Shown here: positions 29,342 to 39,807 of the stretch, piece by piece
Layout of the letters: every line of letters starts with the position of its first letter
Numbering within the stretch: position 1 is the first letter of the stretch
Source: an uncultured bacterium
GTDB lineage: Bacteria > CAYUVA01
NCBI GenBank assembly: GCA_964448115.1
Contig: CAYUVA010000024.1
Location: 1 to 61,723, forward strand
Length of the DNA stretch: 61,723 nt
Reading direction: 5' to 3'
Translations under genes and position numbers: made by a program
The notes under the pieces: model-generated
What the model was told of the DNA's origin: nothing
The model's database searches: none
The model's input: the letters and a program-made list of their open reading frames with translations, nothing else

Positions 29342-32300
29342 TTATTTAATCTTTAATATTTGAGCGATCTTTTTGACAATATCCTCACTATTAATCATAG
29401 GCTTAAAATAGTATTCGGTTAACTGTTTATTGAATTGTTCCCTCTGCTGCTCGGTGAAGTCCTGCTCAATAATCACCAAGCAGCGAATATCCATGTTTTC
29501 TCTTTTCGTGTTCAACCGGCTTAATACATCCAGTGCCCTTTTTTTCTCTGCCTTGCAATCGAGCAACACCAGGTTAGGCGCCTCGATACTTAAAACATCA
29601 TCCAGCTCTACATCACTGCCATAAACAGTCAGCTTGTGGGCTAGTGCTCGTGCCCACCCGGCGGTCTTTTTATCATCGGTCAGTGCCGTAAGCTGCCAAC
29701 CGCTATCCAGGTAGTCCTTAAATGATTGTCTTAGCGATTCCACATCCACCTGGTTGATTATGGCGCCATCGACTCCCTCGAAGAAGACCAACTGTCCGCT
29801 TGGCTTCTCAATGCTCAGGAAAATGGGGACCTGATAGCCCTGCCTTTTCTGTGCCAGCTCATTCATTATGGCAATGGCATCCACCGAGGGTAATAGAAGG
29901 CTAAGACAGACGAAGTCGAGCTGAGCATAAGCCAGCTTGAGTATTGCCTCGCTGCCGTTGTCTGCGGTCAATGAAACCATGCCGGCTTGGTTGAACATCG
30001 CTACAAGCTGCTCAGCGGAGATAGCGCTCGGATAGGCGAGCAAGGCGACCTTTCCACTTAGCATCCTCCTGGCTTCAGCAGGATCTCCATTACCGGTCAA
30101 GCTGCTGACCATGGTTGGCTGTTTGGAGGTCTCCAGTATGTTAAACATTCTGAAAAGATCCCCCTCCCAGCTTAAGGCATGAATATCTTCAGGAAGGCTG
30201 ATATTGTTGGTTTCACCGTTGTATAGCGCAATGATAGGCACTGCGAAACGCCTCCAGGGATTAAAAATGGATGGGTCGATAGCCGCATTTGAGATCGGCA
30301 GCTCCAATAATATAGCCTCCGGGAGGTGATTCATGCTCCAGGCTGGTGGGGGCTGTTCATGCTTTAAGTGTATGAATTTAATTCCCTTTTGCTGCACTAT
30401 CTTCTGTAGCCGATCGCTATTTTCGTGATTCAACCCGACCGCAAGAACATACCTGTCTGGCGCTTCGGTAAAGACATCCTCAGGCTGTGGCAGCTCAAGG
30501 CGACAGGTAGAGCCTTCGCCACAAGTGCCGGTTATCTCGATGCTGCCACCATGTTTCTGTGCATATTCCTTAACCAGGCTCAGACCGATGCCAGCACCTC
30601 CATGTCGCCGGGCGTAGCTTCTCTCCGCCTGCCAGAACGGCTCGAAGAGGTATGCCCTGTCTTGTTCCCTAAACCCGATCCCCTCGTCTTTGACCTCGAT
30701 CACATATAGGTTCTGTTTGGCATCCTGGTTACGGCTTAGCTTACAATGCACCCAGACATTTCCCTCATCGAGCGAGAACTTCACTGCATTATCCATAAGA
30801 TGCAGCAGGATCTTCTTGAGTGCCTGCCGATCGGCATAGATATTTTGCGCATTCGGTTCGACTTGTATCTCGATATTGACCCTTTTGCTGGCTGCCATGG
30901 GGGATATCAACTGCATTACTGCCTCCAGGGATTCGGCGATGGGATGGCGCTCAGGGGTCAGTACCGCTTCCCCGTGCTGCAAAGAGGAAAGCTCTAGTAT
31001 ATCTGAAATAAGCTGATCTAGTTGCGTTACCCGCGAGATGATCACCTCTAGAAAAAAGTTCCTCTGCTGGTCGGTAAGCTTATCGAAGTCGTTGGACAGC
31101 GCCTCGGCATAACCTTTTATTGTTGAGATCGGATTTTTCAGCTCATGATGCATATTTGCCAGTATCTCGCTGGCAAGCTGCTTGCTTTTTTCTGCCTCGA
31201 AGATCGCTTTATGCAGCTCTTTAAGGCGCTCCAAGTCCTTAATGACCAAGGCAGCCTGCCCAGCCACTAGCTTTAGGATCTCGATTAGCTCATAATCGAG
31301 CGGACTTATGGTAACAAGCACCATGCATCCCAACCTAGCCTCAAAAGTGCCCAAAGCAAGCTGGCTATAGTAACGAAGATGAAGGCTATCCATCCAATCT
31401 CCCTTCTCATAACCACCTTGCTTTAACTCATCAACCAGATTGAGGTTGAACACGGACTCCTCTTCGAGATGCCTTTCAAGTACATGTAGTCTGATATCTT
31501 CGCTTATGCCCTGAAGCACTGCTGGCGGGATATCTTGGTTTTTTGCATCCGCAGCCCTGAGATTCAACTGCCCATCACCCTCGTCAAGCTCCCAAAGGCA
31601 CGCAAGCTGGATCGGGTAGGACCAGACAACCGCTTGCGAGATATTTTGAAAAATGGTCTCCTTGCCATGGCTTTCAAGCAGGCTGTGGCTTATTACATTA
31701 AGGTCGCGCAGGTTCTCGGTCAGCTCTTTTTGGGCATTGAGCATATATGCGTTCTCCAGTGCGAATGCGACGGTTACGCAGAAGCTGCTGATGTTCTCCA
31801 TCATGCCTTGCGGCAGATCTTGCCTGGAGGCTGAAAGGACGATAGCCAGCGCGCCCCATCCGTTCTCTCTGGCTGATACCGGAAACAAGATCATATCTCG
31901 ACCAGATGGCAATGAGGGCAAGGAAAAAAGTGAACTGTCGGCGATCTCCTCCGAGGTAAGCCTTCTAGGCGCAATGCTCCTCGTCCACTCCCAAAATCCC
32001 TCGAAAGGCTCTGCTATCTGTAAATCCTCGTTTTGATTTGATTCAATTGCCTTATTGTCTTTATGCTTTGTCCAGAAGGCTGGACATGTAATCCCGGAGC
32101 CTTGATGATTCTTCACGATGAAGTAGAGCGCATCGCACCTGCCTCCAATAAACGATGCTATCTGTTCAAGGGTATAAGCCAATGTCTGTTTCAGTTCATA
32201 AGGTCGATTGACCGAATCTGTTATGCGCTGATGGATCTCAGCGGTTCTGGTCGCCTCTTGGTTTGCCTTGCGTAGCAGCTTCTCCTCTCGGGAGAACTGG

Positions 32301-33142
32301 ACGAAGTTCAGGATCACGGCAAATGCGAGGATGATAGCCAATAGACCCATTATTCCCCAGTAGATTGCGATAATCCGAGACCTGAGCAGTCCGGACATGG
32401 TCATTTTCAGCACCCACCGGTTATCGCCTACTTTTATTATCAACTTCTCCACCTCAGCCCCCGGCGCCTCCAGCCAGCCTATATGATGAGGGCTGATCCA
32501 CTTGCCGCCGCTGTCCTCTATCCAATAAATATCCCGGTCTGATAGTACCGGGGCGATGAATTCCTCGAAGAGATCGGCAATATCGAATATGGCAAGTAGA
32601 TAGTCGAAGCGATCATTGTCGCACTCAAGTGGTGATAACACCAAAAAACCGACCCTTCCCGGTTGGATCAGAAGAGGTTCAGAGACAACGAATTCATTAT
32701 TAGTGCCTTCATTAAGCAGTTTTACAAGTTTATCCAACTCGGCATCCATGCCCATTGCATGGTAGAGGTTGTTTCCAGGTGGATAGGTAAAGATCCCCTC
32801 AAGCGTATGGTTCAATAGTGTAATGCTTCGATAGCCAGTGGTCCTGCTGCAAAGCATCTCGGAGTACTGATTAAACATGTTTTTATTCAGTCCATCCTTT
32901 TGCGCCTGGAGTAGATTGCCTAAAAATAGGATACCGCTGATCCTTTGGTGGATATAGTTCTCGATGCCGAAGATCATCTGCCGTTTCAATTGGGTTACCC
33001 TGTGTTGACGCTCCAGCTTCTCGAAGTCTTTGATGATAAAATATAGGGAAATAAGCAGTAAAATAAGTATAAGGAATATAAAAATTCGCACCAGGTCGAT
33101 TCGTCTAATCTTCTTACCTGGCGAGCTCTGCCTCATAACCAT
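29342..33142 (-). CDS. membrane hybrid sensor histidine kinase (periplasmic sensor, GAF-like region, HisKA/HATPase, degenerate receiver-like tail)
   Basis: Two TMs; HELKNP, DNAVKFS, KDEGIG, FEPF, GAGIGL. Confidence 0.88.
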   Translation of the reverse strand: MVMRQSSPGKKIRRIDLVRIFIFLILILLLISLYFIIKDFEKLERQHRVTQLKRQMIFGIENYIHQRISGILFLGNLLQAQKDGLNKNMFNQYSEMLCSRTTGYRSITLLNHTLEGIFTYPPGNNLYHAMGMDAELDKLVKLLNEGTNNEFVVSEPLLIQPGRVGFLVLSPLECDNDRFDYLLAIFDIADLFEEFIAPVLSDRDIYWIEDSGGKWISPHHIGWLEAPGAEVEKLIIKVGDNRWVLKMTMSGLLRSRIIAIYWGIMGLLAIILAFAVILNFVQFSREEKLLRKANQEATRTAEIHQRITDSVNRPYELKQTLAYTLEQIASFIGGRCDALYFIVKNHQGSGITCPAFWTKHKDNKAIESNQNEDLQIAEPFEGFWEWTRSIAPRRLTSEEIADSSLFSLPSLPSGRDMILFPVSARENGWGALAIVLSASRQDLPQGMMENISSFCVTVAFALENAYMLNAQKELTENLRDLNVISHSLLESHGKETIFQNISQAVVWSYPIQLACLWELDEGDGQLNLRAADAKNQDIPPAVLQGISEDIRLHVLERHLEEESVFNLNLVDELKQGGYEKGDWMDSLHLRYYSQLALGTFEARLGCMVLVTISPLDYELIEILKLVAGQAALVIKDLERLKELHKAIFEAEKSKQLASEILANMHHELKNPISTIKGYAEALSNDFDKLTDQQRNFFLEVIISRVTQLDQLISDILELSSLQHGEAVLTPERHPIAESLEAVMQLISPMAASKRVNIEIQVEPNAQNIYADRQALKKILLHLMDNAVKFSLDEGNVWVHCKLSRNQDAKQNLYVIEVKDEGIGFREQDRAYLFEPFWQAERSYARRHGGAGIGLSLVKEYAQKHGGSIEITGTCGEGSTCRLELPQPEDVFTEAPDRYVLAVGLNHENSDRLQKIVQQKGIKFIHLKHEQPPPAWSMNHLPEAILLELPISNAAIDPSIFNPWRRFAVPIIALYNGETNNISLPEDIHALSWEGDLFRMFNILETSKQPTMVSSLTGNGDPAEARRMLSGKVALLAYPSAISAEQLVAMFNQAGMVSLTADNGSEAILKLAYAQLDFVCLSLLLPSVDAIAIMNELAQKRQGYQVPIFLSIEKPSGQLVFFEGVDGAIINQVDVESLRQSFKDYLDSGWQLTALTDDKKTAGWARALAHKLTVYGSDVELDDVLSIEAPNLVLLDCKAEKKRALDVLSRLNTKRENMDIRCLVIIEQDFTEQQREQFNKQLTEYYFKPMINSEDIVKKIAQILKIK

Positions 33143-33326
33143 CCCTCAAATTCGGTCATTATCAAGCTTACTTTTATTATTATAGCATCTACGGCAGATT
33201 ATAAAAAAGCTGTTGCTGACATTATCGAGACCAAGTCTCAATTGGAAAGGTAATGATTGCAATGGAAGGCGCTTGCTGCTATATTGCCTGCGAATGTTCA
33301 TATTACAAAACAAGGGGGCTTGAAGG

Positions 33327-34289
33327 ATGCGAGTGCTCGTAACCGGGGGAGCTGGCTTCATTGGATCCCACCTGTGCGATCGACTTCTTGCCGAGGGTCA
33401 TCAGGTCATCGCCGTGGACAACCTAATCACTGGCAATATCGACAACATCGCACATATAAAGGATGATAACTTCGAGTTTATCAAGTACGATGTAACCAAT
33501 TATATCTATATCAAGGGCCAACTTGACTATATCCTTCATTTTGCCAGCCCGGCTAGCCCGATCGATTACCTGCAGCTACCGATCCAGACCCTCAAGGTTG
33601 GCTCCTTGGGCACCCATAAAGCACTCGGCCTGGCAAAGTCCAAGAGGGCAAGATTCCTGCTCGCATCCACCTCGGAGTGCTATGGCGATCCGCTGGTGCA
33701 TCCACAGGATGAAACCTATTGGGGTAATGTAAATCCTGTGGGGCCAAGGGGCGTCTATGACGAAGCCAAACGTTTCGCAGAGGCTATGGTTATGGCATAT
33801 CATCGAACCCATGGAGTTGATACCCGCATCGCCAGGATCTTCAACACCTTCGGACCTCGAATGCGCATCAACGACGGCAGAGTGGTTCCGACATTCATCT
33901 CGCAAGCGCTAAAAGGCGAACCGCTCACCGTCTTCGGTGATGGCTCACAGACGCGCAGCTTTTGCTATATCAGCGACCTGGTGGAGGGGATCTATCGATT
34001 GATGATGTCGAACTACCATGATCCGATCAACCTGGGCAACCCGATGGAGATGAGCATCCTCCAGTTCGCTCATAAGATCAAACAGATAACCAAAAGCCCA
34101 AGCGAGATCGTGTTCAAGCCTCTCCCCGTGGATGATCCCAGGACTCGTCAACCAAACATCGAGCGCGCTAAGCGCATACTCGGCTGGGAGCCAAAGATTG
34201 ACCTGGTCGAGGGCTTGGATAAGACCATCGAGTACTTCAAACAGGTGCTCGAACAAGATAATCGCAAGTCTGGGCAAGATCAGCCATGA
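33327..34289 (+). CDS. UDP-glucuronic acid decarboxylase (UDP-xylose synthase) family
   Basis: [51 protein letters not shown]. Confidence 0.93.
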   Translation: MRVLVTGGAGFIGSHLCDRLLAEGHQVIAVDNLITGNIDNIAHIKDDNFEFIKYDVTNYIYIKGQLDYILHFASPASPIDYLQLPIQTLKVGSLGTHKALGLAKSKRARFLLASTSECYGDPLVHPQDETYWGNVNPVGPRGVYDEAKRFAEAMVMAYHRTHGVDTRIARIFNTFGPRMRINDGRVVPTFISQALKGEPLTVFGDGSQTRSFCYISDLVEGIYRLMMSNYHDPINLGNPMEMSILQFAHKIKQITKSPSEIVFKPLPVDDPRTRQPNIERAKRILGWEPKIDLVEGLDKTIEYFKQVLEQDNRKSGQDQP

Positions 34290-35095
34290 GCTTGAACAGC
34301 AACCAAGGACAATCCCCGCATCAGGCAGATGATCACGCCTTACACATAGGGAACCTGACCAAGCGTTTCGGCAAGGTTACGGCAGTTGATCGACTCGACC
34401 TTACGGTAAATTGGGGTGAGTTCTTCGGCTTTCTAGGTCCAAACGGCGCAGGTAAGACTACCACCATCAAGCTGATCACTGGATTGCTTGCTGCTGATGA
34501 GGGTCGCATCCTGGTCGGTGGGCACGATATACAAAAGGAAGCGGAGGATGCCAAGGCGATCCTCGGATATGTACCTGACAAGCCCTATCTTTACGAGAAG
34601 CTCACTGCGCGGGAATTCTTGCGCTTCGAGGCGGGATTGTTCGGCATGCAAGGGGCTGAAGTGGAGGAGCGCATCGAGTCGCTGCTGAGCCTGTTTGAGC
34701 TTTCCGACTGGGGTGATGACCTTCTGGAGAGCTTTTCTCACGGCATGAGGCAGAAGGTGCTGATGTCCGGCGCCTTCATCCATAAGCCAAGGCTGTTCGT
34801 GGTCGATGAGCCGATGGTCGGCCTGGACCCAAAGGGCGCAAGGCTGGTGAAAAAGGTGCTCACCGGCTTATGCGAACAGGGAATGACAATCTTCATCAGC
34901 ACGCATTCGTTGGAGGTCGCAGAACAGCTTTGCTCGCGCATAGCAATAATCATGGAGGGACGCATACTGGCCATGGGCAGCAAGGAGGAGCTTCAACAGA
35001 TGGCAAAGACAGGGAATGCCCGCCTTGAGGAGATATTCCTACAACTGACCGGCGGTCAAGACATCAGCCACCTGCTCAAGCACTTCACCTGGTGA
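34286..35095 (+). CDS. ABC transporter ATP-binding protein (ABC-2/multidrug type)
   Basis: [30 protein letters not shown]. Confidence 0.93.
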   Translation: MSLNSNQGQSPHQADDHALHIGNLTKRFGKVTAVDRLDLTVNWGEFFGFLGPNGAGKTTTIKLITGLLAADEGRILVGGHDIQKEAEDAKAILGYVPDKPYLYEKLTAREFLRFEAGLFGMQGAEVEERIESLLSLFELSDWGDDLLESFSHGMRQKVLMSGAFIHKPRLFVVDEPMVGLDPKGARLVKKVLTGLCEQGMTIFISTHSLEVAEQLCSRIAIIMEGRILAMGSKEELQQMAKTGNARLEEIFLQLTGGQDISHLLKHFTW

Positions 35096-35099
35096 GAGA

Positions 35100-35201
35100 T
35101 TGATCAAGGTTTCCAGCTACAGAGCCATAGCAGCAGGTTTGCTCCTGGGGGTGATAATTCTTGCTGGATGCGAGATCTGGTTGCGAATCGCTTCCGTTTG
35201 A
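35100..35201 (+). pseudogene. 33-aa membrane-anchor ORF, possibly a truncated gene
   Basis: MIKVSSYRAIAAGLLLGVIILAGCEIWLRIASV*, TTG start 4 nt after the ABC gene stop; TM helix plus E..LR. Confidence 0.35.
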
Positions 35202-35328
35202 TACCTGGGATCAATGCCCATCTTGACTCATCATTCTTCTTCATAGTTAAAAATTAGGTTATGTATAAGAATCTATGATATGTTTATGAAGTAACTAAAA
35301 CGCTTGTTCAGAAGGTAAAAGGGGATGA

Positions 35329-37215
35329 ATGATGGCAAAAACCAGGCATCTTGATGACTCTCCACTGCTTGACTCTAGTCTTGTCCCCCAAGAAATGCTG
35401 CCATTGCTTATTCCGCTATTATTCTGCCTTGCGATCTATCTTTTAACCGTAAACTCGAACATACCGCTGATCGATGGCAGCGAGTTCATCATCGCCTCGT
35501 GGAGTCTCGGCATTCCGCATCCATCCACCTATCCATTGTTTGTAATCCCCTCACGCATCCTTGCCATGCTCCCCTTTGGCAATATCGCCTATAAGGTCTG
35601 TCTTTTCAGCGCATTTCTCAATTGCCTGGCATTGATTATGCTTTATTTCCTCCTTCGATTCGAGGTTAGAGATCCCATCATCGCCGCTGTGGGCATGATA
35701 ACTCTAGCCTTTAGCGAGGCTTTCTGGTCCGCCGGCATCAGCGCAGAGGTCTATTCGCTGCATATACTTCTATTATTCGCTTGCTTATACGCCCTTACAC
35801 ACGCTGCCCGTAAACATGCGAATACAAGGTACCTTTATGCCTTCGCCTTTTTTCTTGGCTTATCTATGGCTAATCATCACCAGACCCTGCTGTTTTTACC
35901 CGCTTACGGAATACTATTCTTAGGAGCCATTCGGCAAGGCAATACGATCAAAAGGCTGCTGGTGATGTTCATGTTGTTTATCTTAGGAACCTCTGTTTAC
36001 ATTTATTTACCCCTTCGAAGCACCAGGCAGCCAGCATTGGACAGGGGGGATCCGCAGAATTACTCGGCTTTTTGCCAGGTCATGCTGAAAAGGGCTGCCT
36101 CATCGGGAAAAGATATCACGGTCAACAAACCAGATAACTTCAAGATACATCTAGATCGCCTAAAGGATGTGTTTCCCAGGCAGTTTGCCATAATCGTTCC
36201 CATAATAGCTTTAGTTGGGCTTGTATGGCTGTTCAACATTTGGCCACTGAAGGCTTTCGGTTACTTGCTTTTAATCGCCGTTTCCACCACATTATCCATG
36301 CTTGCGTTTTATAGCAGGGAGCCTGGGATCGCTTACATGATCGATCCATTTTACCTTCCGCTTTACGCACTGATTGTTATCTTGTTTTGCTTCGGATTCT
36401 CATTCTTTACCAGCTACATTCACTGGTTCACCAGCGGCAAGGCAGAGAGCGCAGCCAGGGTGATCATCCTTGCCTCGTTGTTGTTGATAATCTTGCTTCA
36501 TGGCTTGAGCCAGTTGAAGCTGCTAGATAGAAGCGAGGCTCATGTCGCTTATGGTTGGGCAAAGAACGTGCTGGATTCAGCACCCTTCAATGCTGTCTTG
36601 GTCTGCGCGGTCGATGAATACTTCCCACTGGCTTATCTTCAGTACATTGAAAAGCGTAGAGTCGATGTACTCAATGCACATGTAGCCAGCCTCTATAATC
36701 ATCCCAGGGACTGGCTTGCCAGGTTCCCCGATGACGGAAGGCTTTGCTACCCGGTTCAAGGCTCAGCGCCGAGAGACCCAGCGCAGATCGAACAGCTTGT
36801 TCGACTCGGATTGACCTCTGCCTTATGGAGTCTCACCGATACCAGGAAGCTGTATCTCACCAGGGCTAATTCTAGGATAATCCCCGCCGGCTGGTTCTTA
36901 GGGATCAGGGGGCTAATTTACAAGGTTACCTCGTCTGCGTTTGAGGGCACGATAGACCTGGGGGTTAATTACCGCTTTTGGAAGAATGCAGATCTAAAGG
37001 GGCTTACTTATGACAAGTATCGGCTAAGCGAAGCTGAGCTAAACTTTCAGCGCTGCTATACATCCGCAGCCAATAATCTCGGATACCTGTTGCTGAAATC
37101 GGGGAGAGTGCAGAGGGCGCTCGCTATGTTCAGGCTCACATTGCGCCTGGATCCCCATAATAGGATAGCCCTGGAGCATCTAAGCGCAATGGATGATAGA
37201 AACTCCCTCCCTTAA
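35329..37215 (+). CDS. DUF2723/TMEM260-like GT-C protein with C-terminal TPR
   Basis: DGSEF...LGIPHP.TYPLF, AEVYSL, NHHQ, Y.YLPLRS, YLQ.IE..R.DV; terminal TPR (NNLG...AL.LDP). Confidence 0.88.
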   Translation: MMAKTRHLDDSPLLDSSLVPQEMLPLLIPLLFCLAIYLLTVNSNIPLIDGSEFIIASWSLGIPHPSTYPLFVIPSRILAMLPFGNIAYKVCLFSAFLNCLALIMLYFLLRFEVRDPIIAAVGMITLAFSEAFWSAGISAEVYSLHILLLFACLYALTHAARKHANTRYLYAFAFFLGLSMANHHQTLLFLPAYGILFLGAIRQGNTIKRLLVMFMLFILGTSVYIYLPLRSTRQPALDRGDPQNYSAFCQVMLKRAASSGKDITVNKPDNFKIHLDRLKDVFPRQFAIIVPIIALVGLVWLFNIWPLKAFGYLLLIAVSTTLSMLAFYSREPGIAYMIDPFYLPLYALIVILFCFGFSFFTSYIHWFTSGKAESAARVIILASLLLIILLHGLSQLKLLDRSEAHVAYGWAKNVLDSAPFNAVLVCAVDEYFPLAYLQYIEKRRVDVLNAHVASLYNHPRDWLARFPDDGRLCYPVQGSAPRDPAQIEQLVRLGLTSALWSLTDTRKLYLTRANSRIIPAGWFLGIRGLIYKVTSSAFEGTIDLGVNYRFWKNADLKGLTYDKYRLSEAELNFQRCYTSAANNLGYLLLKSGRVQRALAMFRLTLRLDPHNRIALEHLSAMDDRNSLP

Positions 37216-38516
37216 CCTCTCGGCATAGATGTTAGGATCTCGTCTCCCTCGCTTATGCCGGACTCGACCACAGCCCACTTATGATCCCTGGCTTTTATCT
37301 TTAGGGGGATCTTTTTGCTCCCCAGGGCTGTCTTCTTATATACGAAAAGATCACCTTCCTTACCGAATATTGCTTCTGTAGGGATCGCAAGACAATCCTT
37401 GAATGTTTCCTCCACCAGGATGACAGAGGCACTCATCCCCGGCTTAAGTCCCCCATGCTGGCGATCCAGTTGCACTTGTATCTCGAAGACCTTGCTCTCT
37501 GCCGTGTAGTCATCCGAGATGAAGCCCGCTCCAACGGCTTCCTTCCGCTCAATAGCCAGCGGTCCTATATGATGCACGGTGCCAAGTAGCTCAAGACCCT
37601 CCAACGCCTCGACCTTGATCTCAACCCTCATACCAACCTTCACATGCGATATCAATGACTCTGCGACCTGGGTAACCAGGTGCATTCGATTCAAGTCCGG
37701 GATGAAACCTAGGGTTTGGCTATGCCAGATGCCGGTACCCTCCTTGATCTTCTCTCCACGCCAGGTTGAAGCATGCATGAACAGCCCGTCCTTTGGTGCA
37801 TAACATATTGTGTTGTTCAGATCCTCACCGAGATCATAGAGGCGAAACTTACCGGTCTCGAAGCGCTGCCGGGCTATCTGAACCTCAAGCTCGGCTAACC
37901 CAAGCCGGGCATCATACTCGGTCTTTACCCTCTCAAGTGCTATCTCCTTGAGCTTCATATCAAGCTCCCTGGTTTGCAGCTCCTCCTTTGCCTTTAGGTA
38001 TTCATCCTCGGATATCAGTTTATTGGCCAAGAATTCCTTCTTCTGCTCGAGATCATGTTTTGCTATCTCCCATTTTACCTTGGCGAACTCGTATCGTGCT
38101 TTGGCTTCCTCCAGCTCCCTTTTCAGTTTATAGATCCTAGCCTCCACGTCCTGGAGCACCCTTTTCAGCCAATTTTCCCACTCCTTCACGCTGATCTTAG
38201 CCTTCTCGTACTCTTGTTCCAGTTCCCTTGCATCCAGCCATACAATCGGTTCTCCCTTGGATACCCTGGTTCCTTCTGGAACAAGCCTGGTTATCTTGGT
38301 TCTGCTTATACCAGCGATGATCGGGACTTCTTCCAGGGATCGAAATACCCCGACCTCGTGAATACCCAAAGTTATGTCCTTTTTGCTTACAATGTAGGTC
38401 TCTTCGGGCAACTGAGCGCTTTTCTGTGCACGCTCGTTCTGGAAGCTGCAACAAGATAGCGAACAGGCGATCATAACTGCAAGGCATAGGGCTTTTTTTG
38501 CATAAAGATCACTCAT
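37212..38516 (-). CDS. efflux periplasmic adaptor (MFP, MacA/HlyD-like), lipoprotein
   Basis: LVPEG..V.KG, long coiled coil, APKDG, LKPGMSA, G..EGD; start placed at the ATG at 38516, overlapping the upstream stop. Confidence 0.88.
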   Translation of the reverse strand: MSDLYAKKALCLAVMIACSLSCCSFQNERAQKSAQLPEETYIVSKKDITLGIHEVGVFRSLEEVPIIAGISRTKITRLVPEGTRVSKGEPIVWLDARELEQEYEKAKISVKEWENWLKRVLQDVEARIYKLKRELEEAKARYEFAKVKWEIAKHDLEQKKEFLANKLISEDEYLKAKEELQTRELDMKLKEIALERVKTEYDARLGLAELEVQIARQRFETGKFRLYDLGEDLNNTICYAPKDGLFMHASTWRGEKIKEGTGIWHSQTLGFIPDLNRMHLVTQVAESLISHVKVGMRVEIKVEALEGLELLGTVHHIGPLAIERKEAVGAGFISDDYTAESKVFEIQVQLDRQHGGLKPGMSASVILVEETFKDCLAIPTEAIFGKEGDLFVYKKTALGSKKIPLKIKARDHKWAVVESGISEGDEILTSMPRG

Positions 38517-39807
38517 CTTCAGATGGCGTAGCTTCTTGCATCTCAAAAGGATTTACCAGGGCGACCACATCCCCCTCTTTTAGCCCGGATAATATCTGCC
38601 GGTGATATAGATTGCACTTTCCCAGCTCGACGGCTCGCCTGCTAAATCCCCCATTATTTCTTAGAAATACATAGTGCCTGTCTTTATCTCCAAAGACAGC
38701 CTCTTGGGGGACGATGAGCGCCTGCTCGAGGTGATCGATATGTATGATTGCCTTGCCGGTTAGACCCGGTCTCAGCTTCTCGTTATGCCCATTTATCTCG
38801 ATGAAGACATCGAATTTCCTGCGCCCGGTGAACTTTCTCTCCTGTCCCCAGCCGAGATCCTGCCCCGTATCCTGTGCCAGGGTGGAGATGCTCCTCACGG
38901 TGCCACTCAGATTAAGATCCGGGTAGGCATCAACTGTTATATAAGCGCTCATTCCCTCCTTTATCCGTGAGATATCGACCTCATCGACCTTGACCAGAAG
39001 CTCCATCTTATCCAGGTCCGGCACCTCCAGGAACGGATGTCCTCGCCAGATCTCGTCCCCGACCGCCACCTTCTCCATCTTGCCTCCCTTCCATATCTTG
39101 CGATATACGACTATGCCTGACTTGGGGGCTTTAATAACCGCCTTTTCAAGGTTCTCCTTGGCGGTCTCATATTCCTGCTGGTTTTTTTCCACCTCGATCT
39201 GAGCCTTCTTGACATCAGCCTCCTTGAGTTGCTTGTCTGTCTTGACCTGGTTTTGAACCTTTTGCAGGTTTATCCTTGCGTTTTCATGGTCAAGCACCGC
39301 GGAGCGATACTGAAGTTCGGCATCCTCCAGCTTCCTTCTCGGCGCCAGGTTAGCCTCCACCATCCGCTTCGCCCTCTCCAGTTCCTTTTTCTGTTCCTCC
39401 ATTCTTACCTTCTTGTATTCCAGGTTGGCTTGGGCTTCCTTTAACCTCAGCTCGTTGAGCTTGTTCTGCAACTCAGCCTCCTTGATCGCCTTTTCGAGGT
39501 CTTTCTGCGCCAGCTTCAGGTTAGCCTCCGCTCGCTCCAGCCTCTTTTTCTCCTCGTAGGTCTCCAGCCAGGCGATAGGCTCACCCTCACAGACAACCTT
39601 CCCTTCCGGCACCAGCTTGGCTATCTTGGCGCCCCACATATCGGCAGAGATATTGGTTGTCTTGGCAGCCTTGACCTCGCCGATGAAGGTCATGTCTATA
39701 GCCAGTTGATCAATGCGAGCCACCGCGGTGGGGATCTCGTTCGAGTTCTGCACGTTGCAGCAAGATAGCAGCAGGCAGCAAGCCACAAATAACCCATATA
39801 ATCTCAT
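38509..39807 (-). CDS. efflux periplasmic adaptor (MFP, MacA/HlyD-like), lipoprotein
   Basis: LVPEG, IKAPKSG, VDEVDI, LRPGLT, GLKEGD. Confidence 0.9.
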   Translation of the reverse strand: MRLYGLFVACCLLLSCCNVQNSNEIPTAVARIDQLAIDMTFIGEVKAAKTTNISADMWGAKIAKLVPEGKVVCEGEPIAWLETYEEKKRLERAEANLKLAQKDLEKAIKEAELQNKLNELRLKEAQANLEYKKVRMEEQKKELERAKRMVEANLAPRRKLEDAELQYRSAVLDHENARINLQKVQNQVKTDKQLKEADVKKAQIEVEKNQQEYETAKENLEKAVIKAPKSGIVVYRKIWKGGKMEKVAVGDEIWRGHPFLEVPDLDKMELLVKVDEVDISRIKEGMSAYITVDAYPDLNLSGTVRSISTLAQDTGQDLGWGQERKFTGRRKFDVFIEINGHNEKLRPGLTGKAIIHIDHLEQALIVPQEAVFGDKDRHYVFLRNNGGFSRRAVELGKCNLYHRQILSGLKEGDVVALVNPFEMQEATPSEDE

